Shown here: positions 9,114-17,786 of the stretch, in pieces
Layout: the number at the start of each line of letters is the position of its first letter
Position numbering within the stretch: position 1 is the first letter of the stretch
Assembly: GCA_016795545.1 (NCBI GenBank)
Contig: JAEUGX010000106.1
Location: 3,136-67,135, forward strand
Origin: Opitutaceae bacterium
GTDB lineage: Bacteria > Verrucomicrobiota > Verrucomicrobiia > Opitutales > Opitutaceae
Length of the DNA stretch: 64,000 bases
Direction of reading: 5' to 3'
Program-made: the position numbers and the translations under genes
The notes under the pieces: model-generated
Told to the model about the DNA's origin: nothing
Database searches by the model: none
What the model saw: the letters and a program-made list of their open reading frames with translations, nothing else

Positions 9114-9115
9114 CC

Positions 9116-12100
9116 TTACTCGGGGTGGATCGCCCGGTGCACCGCGCGCGTGATCTCCGCGATGGTGAACGGCTTCGCGAGCAGCGTGATGTGGCCGATC
9201 TGGTCCAGCGCGCTCGGGGAGATCTTGGAGAAATATCCCGACATCACGATGATCGGGAGCCGCGGGGCGAAGGTCCGCACCTGCGCGGCGAGCTCCATGC
9301 CCGTCATGCCGGGCATCGTCTGGTCGGTGATGAGCACGGAGCAGCTGGCCGCGTCGTGCTGCAGCGCCTGCAGGCACTTGGTGCCGGAGTCGAAGTGGAT
9401 CGCCTGGTAGCCGAGCCGGGTCAGGGCCGTGCGGGTGAAGGTGGCCACCACCTCCTCGTCGTCCACGATGCACACCACCTCGCCGCGGCCGCGGGTCAGC
9501 GGCCCCGCCGCGTCGTCCGGCCGCGCGTCCGCCGCCTCCGACTCGGGCAGGTAGATGTCGAACCGCGCGCCCTCGCCGAGCGCGCTGCGCACCTGGATGG
9601 CGCCCCGGTGCGCCCGCACGATGCCGTGCACCACCGACAGGCCCAGGCCGGTGCCCTCGCCGACGTTTTTGGTGGTGAAGAAGGGGTCGAAGATCCGCTT
9701 GATCGTCTCCGGGTCGATGCCGTGCCCGGTGTCGCTGATCGACAGCTGCAGGTGCCGCCCGGCGGCGAGCCCGCCCAGCGCCGCCGCCTCGGCCGCGCCC
9801 AGCCGCACCGGCGTCAGCGCGATCCGCAGGATGCCGCCGCCGTTCCGCATCGCGTGCGCCGCGTTCGACCCCAGGTTCAGCAGCACCTGGTGCATCTGGG
9901 TCGCGTCCGCCTTCACCCGCCCGCAGTGCGGGGCGATCTCCGTCTGGATCTGGATCGTCACCGGCACCGTCGCGCGCAGGAAACGCCGGGCCTCCTCGAC
10001 CACCGTGGCGAGGTCCATCGGGATCTGCTCCGTGTCGGCGGCCGGCCGGCTGAAGGCGAGGATCTGGTCGACCAGCCCGCGCGCCCGGAAGCTCGCCTCG
10101 CGCGCGGCCACGATGCAGTGGTGCGCCTCGTGCTCGGTCGGCAGCCCGTCGAGCGCGAGGTCCTGGTAGCCCATGATCCCGGTCAGCAGGTTGTTGAAGT
10201 CGTGCGCGATGCCGCCCGCCAGCGTGCCGAGCGTCTCCATCTTCTGCGCCTGGAACAGCTGCGTCTCCAGCCGGTGCCGCTCCTGCTCGGCCTCGTACCG
10301 CGTGGTGATGTCCTGGAACGCCCCGAAGAGCCGCACCGCGTGGCCCTGCTGCATCTCGGCGCGGCCGATCGTGCGCACGCGCAGCCGGCGGTTGCGCGCC
10401 GTCACGAACGGCAGCTCCAGGTCGAACGGCGTGCCGTCCCGTTCCGCCCGCGCCATCGCCTCCTGCAGCACCGCCCGGGCCTCCGGCGGGTAGAACGCGA
10501 GCGCGTTCTGGATCGTCGGCGTGTAGCCCAGCTCCACCTCGTGGATGCGGTACACCTCCGGGGCCCACGTGATCCGCTGCGACGCCATGTCGACCTCCCA
10601 GCCGCCGATATGCGCCAGCCGCCCGACCTGCAGCGCGATCTCCTGGTTCCGGCGCAGCTGCTGCTCCAGCACCTTGCGCTCCGTGATGTCGCCCTGCATG
10701 CCGACCACGCGCAGCGGCTCGCCCTGCGGCCCGCGGGCCACCACCTCGCCGCGCGACAGCGTCCAGATCCAGCCGCCGTCCCGCGTCCGCAGGCGGTGCT
10801 CCGAGGTGTACACCGGCGTCCGGCCGGCGAAATGGTCGTGCAGCGCTGCGAGCGCCGCCGGACGGTCGTCGGGATGGATCAGGCCCTCCCACGTCGCGCT
10901 CGTCGCCGGCAGCTCATCCGGGCTGTAGCCGATCATCTCCATCCAGCGGGGGCTGAAGTACACGTGCCCGCCGGGCACGTTCCAGTCCCACATGCCCTCG
11001 CCCGAGGCCTTCAGCGCCAGCGCCAGCCGCTCCTCGGCCACGCGCAGCTTGTCCCGCGTCTCGACCTCGGCCGTCACGTCGCGGTCGAGGCCGACGATCC
11101 GCATCGCCTGGCCCGTCGTGTCGCGGTAGACGTAGCCGACCGTGCTGATGTGCCGCACGGCGCCGTCCGGCCGCACGATCCGGAAACGGTCGTCGACGTA
11201 GTCGCCCGAGGCGGACGGGTGGTCGGCGTAGCTGGCCAGCCCGGCGAGATCCTCGGGATGCACGAACCGGCGCCACGTCTCCAGCCGGCCGTCGAACTCG
11301 TCCGGCCGCACGCCGTAGATCTCGCACTGCCGTGCGTCCCACCGCAGCCGCCCCGAATGCAGCTCCAGGTCCCACACGCCGCCGCCCTCGGCCCGCAGCG
11401 CGAGCTGCAGCCGCTCGTTCAGCTCCGCGAGCTCGCTCTCGTGCCGGCGGTCGCGCGTGATGTCCTGATCCAGCCCCACCATGCGCGCGGCCTTGCCGTC
11501 CGGGTCGCGCTGCAGGTAGCCGAGCGCCCGGATGTGTCGCACGCCGCCGTCAGGCCGGATGATCCGGAACTCCGCCTGGTAGTGGTTCACCCGGCCGGCC
11601 AGCACGTCCGCCGAGCTCTGCGCCGCCCGGCCGAGGTCCGACGGGTGCACCAGCCGCTGCCAGTCGTCCAGCCGGCCCCGGAACTCCTCGCGCGGCAGGC
11701 CGTAAATATCAAGCAGGCGGTCGTCCCACTGCAGCCGCCGCTCCAGGAAGTCGTACTCCCACAATCCGAACCCGGCGGAGCCGACCGCGAACTGCAGCCG
11801 CTCGTGCAGCGTCCGGAGCTCCTGCGTGCGCGCCGCGACCTCGTACTGCAGGTTGGCGGCCTGCTGTTCGAGGCGGGCGAACAGGGAGTCGCGTGCCTGT
11901 TCCGCCGTGGCCCGCTGCTCGTCGAGCGCGTGCAGCCGGCGCAGGAAGTAGGTCAGCGCCCCGAGCAGGCCGACGCCGAAGGCCGAGGTCACCAGCGTCA
12001 CATCCTCCTGCAGCTCCGGCAGCCCGTCGAGCAGCAGCCACACCTGCGCGAGGTACAGCAGCACCGGCGCCAGCAGGCCAAGCAGCAGCACGCGGCGCAC

Positions 12101-12757
12101 GATCCGGCTGAGGGGGTGCCCGGGAGCGATGATCCGGAGGAAGTCGCGGTTCGCCCGCACGCCGGCCAGCCCGCTCCCGAGCGCGAGCAGGGCGAGCGCG
12201 CTCGTCCCCGACATGCCGGGCGCCTTGCCCGCGCCGGCGAGCGCCAGGAGGTGGCTGACCAGCGTCAGCAGGGACACCGCCAGCACGGCCAGTCCGAACC
12301 ACGTGGAAAGGCTGTAGCGCGATCGCCCCGTGGGCTTCACGGCCAGCAGCCCGAGGCCGAGCAGCACGACCGGGATCATCGTGTTCAGCGGCACCGGCCC
12401 GCGCATCATCGTCGGCACCAGTGACGGCTCCGGAGGGAAGAAGAAGCGGTCGATGCCGAACGACCGGCCCGTCGCGTACTCGAGCCACGCGCCGAGCGCG
12501 AAGCCGAGCGGCAGGGCCGCCAGGGCCCGCCCCGCGAGCACCGCGGGTCGCGCCGTCGACTGGGCCAGCAGCAGCAGCGCGGCCCCGTAGCAGGTGAAAC
12601 ACAGCGCCGAATTGAGGCTCATCGGCCGGCCGCCGAGGAAGAGCGTGCGCAGCGCGGGGGCGTCGATCGCCCAGCCCAGCAGCGTCAGTCCCCCGAGCAG
12701 CAGCGCACAGCCGGCGGCAAGGCTCGTGTAGCGGCGCAGCGGAGTCTCGAGAGGCAT
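9116..12757 (-). CDS. Hybrid sensor histidine kinase: polytopic membrane N-domain, coiled coil, 4 PAS/PAC, HisKA, HATPase_c, C-terminal receiver
   Basis: Four repeats of the W(D/E)...HPxD...R(I/L)xRxDG...GxxxDIT PAS/PAC pattern are visible. The H-box is GIAHDFNNLL. The ATPase motif is GEGTGLGLSVVHGIV. The receiver reads VCIVDDEEVV...ITDQTMPGMTG. I prefer ATG 12757 over the track's TTG at 12865. Confidence 0.88.
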   Translation of the reverse strand: MPLETPLRRYTSLAAGCALLLGGLTLLGWAIDAPALRTLFLGGRPMSLNSALCFTCYGAALLLLAQSTARPAVLAGRALAALPLGFALGAWLEYATGRSFGIDRFFFPPEPSLVPTMMRGPVPLNTMIPVVLLGLGLLAVKPTGRSRYSLSTWFGLAVLAVSLLTLVSHLLALAGAGKAPGMSGTSALALLALGSGLAGVRANRDFLRIIAPGHPLSRIVRRVLLLGLLAPVLLYLAQVWLLLDGLPELQEDVTLVTSAFGVGLLGALTYFLRRLHALDEQRATAEQARDSLFARLEQQAANLQYEVAARTQELRTLHERLQFAVGSAGFGLWEYDFLERRLQWDDRLLDIYGLPREEFRGRLDDWQRLVHPSDLGRAAQSSADVLAGRVNHYQAEFRIIRPDGGVRHIRALGYLQRDPDGKAARMVGLDQDITRDRRHESELAELNERLQLALRAEGGGVWDLELHSGRLRWDARQCEIYGVRPDEFDGRLETWRRFVHPEDLAGLASYADHPSASGDYVDDRFRIVRPDGAVRHISTVGYVYRDTTGQAMRIVGLDRDVTAEVETRDKLRVAEERLALALKASGEGMWDWNVPGGHVYFSPRWMEMIGYSPDELPATSATWEGLIHPDDRPAALAALHDHFAGRTPVYTSEHRLRTRDGGWIWTLSRGEVVARGPQGEPLRVVGMQGDITERKVLEQQLRRNQEIALQVGRLAHIGGWEVDMASQRITWAPEVYRIHEVELGYTPTIQNALAFYPPEARAVLQEAMARAERDGTPFDLELPFVTARNRRLRVRTIGRAEMQQGHAVRLFGAFQDITTRYEAEQERHRLETQLFQAQKMETLGTLAGGIAHDFNNLLTGIMGYQDLALDGLPTEHEAHHCIVAAREASFRARGLVDQILAFSRPAADTEQIPMDLATVVEEARRFLRATVPVTIQIQTEIAPHCGRVKADATQMHQVLLNLGSNAAHAMRNGGGILRIALTPVRLGAAEAAALGGLAAGRHLQLSISDTGHGIDPETIKRIFDPFFTTKNVGEGTGLGLSVVHGIVRAHRGAIQVRSALGEGARFDIYLPESEAADARPDDAAGPLTRGRGEVVCIVDDEEVVATFTRTALTRLGYQAIHFDSGTKCLQALQHDAASCSVLITDQTMPGMTGMELAAQVRTFAPRLPIIVMSGYFSKISPSALDQIGHITLLAKPFTIAEITRAVHRAIHPE

Positions 12758-13033
12758 GAGGCGATTGGGCGCGGAGGATAGGTGCCGCCCCGCCGCCGCA
12801 TCAACCTCTATATCGGCGACTCCGCCCCCGGCATTGAACTTAGCGGAAATAGCCGGCTGCTGCAAACCGCTGGCCTTTGTTCCATGCCCGGTGGGGCACC
12901 GTGCGGACTCATGCCGTTGAAGCGCGGATCAAGTCGGTAGGCCGATCCCCGCCCTCCCAGGCGGGGCGGGATTGAGTCCTGCGCAGTCGTGAGTGAGCCG
13001 AAAAATCAGCTCTGCACTCTCATCACTCGACTC

Positions 13034-13261
13034 TCAACGGCTTGATCCCGTATCGGGGTTCCGGCCCATCCGGCAGATCTGCCGCGCGGCCGTGAACAGC
13101 TGCGTGCGGAAGGGCAGGGGGTCGAAGATGACGCGGGGGTTCGGCAGCACCGGCGCGCGGAAGATCGGGCGGTCCCAGGCGACGTCTCGCGTCAGGGGAC
13201 GGGCGGCTTCGAACCCGGGGGTGCCGGCGGGAAAGCGGGAGGGGGCGGTGCGGGACGGCAT
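13034..13261 (-). CDS. Small hypothetical ORF (75 aa from ATG 13261; alternative GTG 13333 overlaps upstream stop as GTGA)
   Basis: There is strong GC3/codon bias (ATC, TTC, GAC, AAC, CTG) over ...DVAWDRPIFRAPVLPNPRVIFDPLPFRTQLFTAARQI. No recognisable motif is present. It could be a remnant. Confidence 0.3.
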   Translation of the reverse strand: MPSRTAPSRFPAGTPGFEAARPLTRDVAWDRPIFRAPVLPNPRVIFDPLPFRTQLFTAARQICRMGRNPDTGSSR

Positions 13262-13329
13262 GGGGCGGCGATGATCCGGGTAATCGGCACAAACCGGCCC
13301 GCGCTTTAGCGCCCGCTCCGTGCCCGCGC

Positions 13330-14919
13330 TCACTCGAGATACCCGGCGTAGAACCGCACCCGGCCGGCTTCCGCGCCCTCGAACGTGAAGCGCAGGCGGT
13401 AGGACTCCTGCGGGCAGGTGATCGCGGTCCCCTGCGGCCAGCGCACGGCGACCTTCAGCCCGGATTCGCGGACGATGGCGGCCTCCGCCCCCGCGTACCC
13501 GGGCACCGGCGCGCCGAGCCGGTCGATCAGCTCGATGCGCAGCCGGGCCTCCTCGGCCAACCCGTCCGCGTTCAGGTACAGCGTCACCGGGCCGCGGTTG
13601 GGCAGGGGCCGGCTGGTGCAGCTGCCGCCGCCGGCGTCGCGCAGCGCCAGGTGCGCCAGCCTATCCCGCGGCAGGACCGCCAGGCCGACCGCCCCGGAGC
13701 CCGGCCCGGCCCGGTCGCCGGACAGGTCCCAGTTGCCATAGTAGAGGTAGGTCTCGTCGCCCACGTTGTGGTAGCCCTGCCCGTGGATCAGCCCGCGCTG
13801 GTCCCACTCGCCGTCCCGCCCGGCCCGCAGGAACGCATGGTCCGCCACCGGCTCGCGGAAGTGCACGCCGTCGTTGCTGACGAGGAAGCCGAGGTCCATC
13901 CGTCGTTCGGAGGTGATGACCGCGCCCTGCCACAGCCCGTAGAGGCCGATCAGGACGTCCCCCCGGTTCCACACCCCTGCCGGCTCGTGCGCCTCCTGGA
14001 AGCTCTCGCGCGGTCCGCGGTAGCCGTGGCGCTGGAACGAGAACGACTTCTCCCGCGACCAGTGCACGAAGTCGCCCGACCAGTGCGTCACCATCGTGCG
14101 CCGCACCAGCGAGCCGTCCGGCAGGTAGATGTCGGGCGACAGCTCCTGGCCGGCGGCGTAGTAGATGCCGTCGAACTTGTACAGGCCGCCGAGCTCGAAA
14201 TTGTTGCGGACGGGGATCGGCGCCTCCGTCTCGTCGAACGCCGATCCCCGGCACGGCACCGCCAGCCGCCAGCTCAGCCCGTCCGCGCTGAAGAAAGGAT
14301 AAATTGTCGAGGGCACGTTGCCCGCGGGCACGCCGGGATATGTCGGCGCCCCGGCCGACGGGTAGTAGCGGCCGTACACCGCCATCTTGTAGCGGCGCGC
14401 CGGGTCGGGATCCTCCGGCTCGTGCAGCACGAAGCAGGCGAGCGGCTCGATCCGCCCGAAGTCCAGCTGCGCCGGCATGCCGAGCAGGTTGTTGCGCCGG
14501 CTGCCGTTGAACTCCGTCAGGCCCAGCTCCGGCTTGGTCCAGCGGACGCCGTCCGCGCTCTCCGCGTACGCCAGCCGCGCGGTTGTCGCCTGGTTGCCGC
14601 GCAGCTCCGACGTGGCGATCGCGCTGTACCACATGCGGAAACGGCCGTCGATCCGCAGCACGCTGCCGTAGAACTGCGCCCGGGTCGCGTCGACCGATCC
14701 CGCCGGCCCCGGGGCCAGCACCGGATTGGCGGGATGCTTGCGCGGCGTCGCGAACGTCAGCTGGAGGTTCTCCTTGTAGGGCAGCGTCCGGTCGTCGAAG
14801 GCGAACAGGTGGGTCACCGCCGCGCCGGCCGAGCCGGCGGCGAGGGCGACCACGAGCGCGAGCAGCCGGCCGGCCGGCCGGAGGCCCGCGCGGCGCGGGC
14901 GGGGGAGGGTGAGGATCAT
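13330..14919 (-). CDS. Secreted Asp-box (BNR-like) beta-propeller protein with C-terminal beta-sandwich, glycoside-hydrolase-like; paralog of 35199..39860 genes
   Basis: The real start is ATG 14919, inside the spurious 1099-aa track ORF. It has a signal peptide. Asp-box-like motifs are AESADGVRW, FSADGLSW and VSNDGVHF. It shares the RFRMWY block with the tandem paralogs. Confidence 0.7.
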   Translation of the reverse strand: MILTLPRPRRAGLRPAGRLLALVVALAAGSAGAAVTHLFAFDDRTLPYKENLQLTFATPRKHPANPVLAPGPAGSVDATRAQFYGSVLRIDGRFRMWYSAIATSELRGNQATTARLAYAESADGVRWTKPELGLTEFNGSRRNNLLGMPAQLDFGRIEPLACFVLHEPEDPDPARRYKMAVYGRYYPSAGAPTYPGVPAGNVPSTIYPFFSADGLSWRLAVPCRGSAFDETEAPIPVRNNFELGGLYKFDGIYYAAGQELSPDIYLPDGSLVRRTMVTHWSGDFVHWSREKSFSFQRHGYRGPRESFQEAHEPAGVWNRGDVLIGLYGLWQGAVITSERRMDLGFLVSNDGVHFREPVADHAFLRAGRDGEWDQRGLIHGQGYHNVGDETYLYYGNWDLSGDRAGPGSGAVGLAVLPRDRLAHLALRDAGGGSCTSRPLPNRGPVTLYLNADGLAEEARLRIELIDRLGAPVPGYAGAEAAIVRESGLKVAVRWPQGTAITCPQESYRLRFTFEGAEAGRVRFYAGYLE

Positions 14920-14945
14920 AGGGAGGGGCGCGGTCGGCGGAGCCG

Positions 14946-14958
14946 CTTGTGACACAAG
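14946..14958. promoter_or_regulatory. Perfect 13-bp palindrome CTTGTG-A-CACAAG in AT-richer divergent promoter region
   Basis: It is seen directly in the sequence. It lies between the divergent starts at 14919 (-) and 15073 (+). Confidence 0.35.
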
Positions 14959-15072
14959 ATTTGCTTTACACCATTTCGCTAATTGAAACAGTAATTTCGT
15001 TATCCAAAATCTCCAATCCATGGCGCAAGTGCAAAACACCTTCGGGCCGCGCGGCGGCCGCTGACCCAGCCC

Positions 15073-15966
15073 ATGAACGGACGGAAAGAGCGGAAGGCGG
15101 ATTATGCCATCGTGTGGCCGCTGCAGGCGCCGCTGGGCGAGGGGCCCATGTGGGACGCGCGGACGGGGCGGCTCTACTTCGTCGACATCATCCCGGGTCG
15201 CCTGCACGCGTACGAGCCGGCGACCGGCGCCCGCCGGACCTGGGAGGTGGGACGGATGCTCAGCGCCGTCGTGCCGCGCACCGCGGGCGGGCTGGCCGTC
15301 GTCGTCCGCGAGGGCTTCGCCACCTACGACCCGGACCAGTCCCGGCTGGACTTCCTCACCACCCCGGCGGGACACGACCCTTCCCGGGTCCGCTTCAACG
15401 ACGGCAAGTGCGACCCGGCCGGACGCTTCTGGGCGGGCACCATGGGGCTCAAGGCCGAGCCGGGCGCCGGCGCGCTTTACTGCCTGCCGCCGGGCGGCCC
15501 CGCGCAGTGGAAGGTCGGCGACGTCACCATCTCCAACGGCCTGGCCTGGCGCGACCGCCGCCTCTACTACATCGACTCCATCACCCGCCTGGTCCGCGCC
15601 TTCGACTATGAGCCGGCGACCGGCGCCATCTCGCGCCCGGTCACCGCGCTGGTCCTGCCCCCGGGCGACGACGTGCCGGACGGCTGCTCCCTCGACGCCG
15701 AGGGCATGCTGTGGATCGCCCACTGGGGCGCCGGCAAGGTCTCCCGGTGGGACCCCGTGCGCGGACGCTGCCTCCAGGAGTACCGCTTCCCGGCGTCGCA
15801 GATCACCTCCTGCGCCTTCGGCGGCCCGGGGCTGAAGACCCTCTACGTGACGTCCGCCCGCGAGGGCCTGGCGCCGGAGCAGCTGGCCCGCGAACCCGAG
15901 GCCGGCGCGCTGTTCGCCTTCGAACCCGGCCCCGTCGGCCTTGAGCCCGACGCCTTCGCCGGCTAG
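15073..15966 (+). CDS. SMP-30/gluconolactonase/LRE-family sugar lactonase
   Basis: Motifs are GEGPMWD...LYFVDI, RFNDGKCDPAGRFWAGTM, ISNGLAW and DGCSLDAEGMLWIAHWGAGKVSRWDP. Confidence 0.85.
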   Translation: MNGRKERKADYAIVWPLQAPLGEGPMWDARTGRLYFVDIIPGRLHAYEPATGARRTWEVGRMLSAVVPRTAGGLAVVVREGFATYDPDQSRLDFLTTPAGHDPSRVRFNDGKCDPAGRFWAGTMGLKAEPGAGALYCLPPGGPAQWKVGDVTISNGLAWRDRRLYYIDSITRLVRAFDYEPATGAISRPVTALVLPPGDDVPDGCSLDAEGMLWIAHWGAGKVSRWDPVRGRCLQEYRFPASQITSCAFGGPGLKTLYVTSAREGLAPEQLAREPEAGALFAFEPGPVGLEPDAFAG

Positions 15967-15993
15967 CCTGCCTTTCCTCCCCCTCCTTCTCCT

Positions 15994-16785
15994 ATGTCCA
16001 ACACCACTTCCCCCCAGCGCTTTTCCCTGCAGGGCAAGGTCATTCTCCTCACCGGCGGCGCCGGCCAGTACGGCCGCGGCCTGGCCCGCGACCTCGCCGA
16101 GACCGGGTGCCGCCTCATCCTCGCCTCGCGCGACAAGAGCAAGCTCGAGGTCGTCGCCGCCGAGGAGCGGGCCCGCGGCTACGACGTGACCGCCTACGCC
16201 CTCGACCAGGGCGACGAGGCTTCCGTGCTCGCCCTGCGCGACCAGGTCGTGAAAAGCCACGGCCGCGTCGACGGCCTGGTCAACAACGCGGTCCTTCGGA
16301 CCATGAAGTACGCCACCGACCCGATCGAGAAGTGGCGCGAGTCGATGCGCGTCAACGCCGACGGCATCCTCCTCGTCACGCGCACCTTCGGCGAGATCAT
16401 GCTGAAGCAGAAGTCCGGCAGCATCGTGAACATCGGCTCCATCATGGGCGTCATCGGGCCCAGCATGATGCTGTACGAGGGCACGCCGTCCGAGGGCATC
16501 ATGCCCCCCGATTACTTCTTCCACAAGGGTGGCATGGTCAACCTCACCCGCTACTTCGGCTCCATGTACGGACCTGCCAACGTCCGCGTGAACTGCATTT
16601 CGCCCGGCGGCTTCTACTCGAACCAGCACCCGCTCTTCCTCGAGCGCTACTACAAGAAGACGATGCTGGGTCGCATGGCCAACGAGTCTGACCTCGGCGG
16701 CTCGGTGATCTTCCTCCTGAGCGATGCCTCGCTCTACATCACCGGTACCAATTTGATGGTGGACGGCGGTTACACGGCCATATGA
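15994..16785 (+). CDS. SDR-family oxidoreductase
   Basis: It has the TGGAGQYGRGLA Rossmann motif and an NNA motif. At 263 aa it is a typical short-chain dehydrogenase. Confidence 0.85.
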   Translation: MSNTTSPQRFSLQGKVILLTGGAGQYGRGLARDLAETGCRLILASRDKSKLEVVAAEERARGYDVTAYALDQGDEASVLALRDQVVKSHGRVDGLVNNAVLRTMKYATDPIEKWRESMRVNADGILLVTRTFGEIMLKQKSGSIVNIGSIMGVIGPSMMLYEGTPSEGIMPPDYFFHKGGMVNLTRYFGSMYGPANVRVNCISPGGFYSNQHPLFLERYYKKTMLGRMANESDLGGSVIFLLSDASLYITGTNLMVDGGYTAI

Positions 16786-17786
16786 GTTCGGCGCCCCGGG
16801 AGCTTCGCCTCGCCATGCTCGGCATGGTCGAGGGCAACAACCATCCCTATTCCTGGTCCGCGATCATCAACGGGTACAACCCGGCCAAGATGGCCGAGCG
16901 CGTGCTCCCGATCGCCCAGTACCTCGGCGAGAATCCGTTCGACTCGGTCCGCATCCCGGGCGCGCGCGTCACCCACGTCTGGACCGATCAGCCCGCCGAG
17001 GCGCCGCACGTGGCGGCGGCGGCCCTGATCGACCACGTCGTCAGCGATCCGCGCGACGTCATCGGGCACGTCGACGCGGTCATCATCTCGACCGACGACG
17101 GCGACGGGCACGTGGCCCGCGCCCGGCCCTTCATCGAGGCGGGGCTGCCCGTCTTCGTCGACAAGCCGCTCGCGACCAACGTGCCCGACCTCGCGCAGTT
17201 CCTCCACTGGCAGCGCGGCGGCGCGTTCGTGATGTCGTCGAGCGGCATGCGCTACGCCGCCGAGCTCCCCGAACTCCGGGCCCGGCTGGCCGGGATCGGC
17301 GAGCTGCGCCTCGCCTCCTGCTTCACGAGCAAGACCTGGGAGCGCTACGGCATCCACTGCCTCGAGCCGCTGTGCCAGCTGCTCGGCCCCGGCCTTGAGG
17401 CCGTCAGCACCGCCGAGGCCCCGCAGGGCGTCGTGGCCAGCGTCGCCCACCGCAGCGGGGTCATGCTGACTATCCCCGCCCTCTACGACGCCGCCGGCAG
17501 CTTCGGCGTCGTGCACCTCTACGGCACCAAGGGTCACGCCTCGCTGCAGATGACCCGCTTCTACGCCGCGTTCCGCGCGCAGATGGTCTCCTTTGTCCGG
17601 GCCCTCCAGGACCGCGCCGCCCCGTTCCCCTTCGCGGAGACGGTCGAGCTGATGGGCGCGGTCATCGCCGGCCGCCTCAGCCGCGAACGCGGCGGCGCCC
17701 GGGTCGCCGTCGCCGACGTGCTCGCCGCCGTCGAGGCCCAGGTCGCCAGCCTCCCCAGTAACCGACGCTATGATTCGAAACTATGA
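16782..17786 (+). CDS. Gfo/Idh/MocA-family oxidoreductase (atypical N-terminal nucleotide-binding motif)
   Basis: It overlaps the upstream gene by ATGA. Visible blocks are LRLAMLGMVEGNNHPYSW and AVIISTDDGDGHVARARPFIEAGLPVFVDKPLA. Confidence 0.7.
   Translation: MSSAPRELRLAMLGMVEGNNHPYSWSAIINGYNPAKMAERVLPIAQYLGENPFDSVRIPGARVTHVWTDQPAEAPHVAAAALIDHVVSDPRDVIGHVDAVIISTDDGDGHVARARPFIEAGLPVFVDKPLATNVPDLAQFLHWQRGGAFVMSSSGMRYAAELPELRARLAGIGELRLASCFTSKTWERYGIHCLEPLCQLLGPGLEAVSTAEAPQGVVASVAHRSGVMLTIPALYDAAGSFGVVHLYGTKGHASLQMTRFYAAFRAQMVSFVRALQDRAAPFPFAETVELMGAVIAGRLSRERGGARVAVADVLAAVEAQVASLPSNRRYDSKL

Noticed and set aside
7320-10892. A 1190-aa minus-strand ORF spans the fliW/csrA/flagellin region and part of the kinase gene.
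   Set aside because: It is antisense to three well-supported flagellar genes and out of frame with the kinase. Its product is R/G/A/P-rich low complexity, typical of stop-poor alternative frames in ~70% GC DNA, and it carries no motifs.
9125-12424. A 1099-aa plus-strand ORF lies antisense to the histidine kinase.
   Set aside because: It is a mirror-frame artefact of a GC3-biased gene. Its composition is dominated by R, P, A, G, H and Q. The opposite strand carries unmistakable PAS/HisKA/HATPase/REC motifs.
12928-12982. There are tRNA-like fragments: an exact D-loop-like AGTCGGTAG (12932-12940) and a T-arm-like GCGGG-ATTGAGT-CCTGC (12966-12982). These could mark a degraded tRNA or island attachment site.
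   Set aside because: No cloverleaf can be folded. The D stem does not pair, the anticodon loop would be 8 nt, the T-loop deviates from TTCGAxT, and no acceptor stem is present. A 9-mer match is expected by chance at this sequence length, and no integrase or direct repeat is nearby.
13330-16629. Several track ORFs are much longer than the real gene (13330..16629, 2751..4469, 5883..7823, 24583..26346, 40143..43481, 42494..44476, 44221..46305, 47571..49145, 48320..50596, 49486..54222, 59448..60830).
   Set aside because: Only the 3' portion shows family motifs, signal peptides or sensible composition. The 5' extensions overlap the neighbouring gene on the same or opposite strand and read as R/P/G-rich filler. 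Internal ATGs placed at gene junctions, often as ATGA overlaps, give normal protein lengths.
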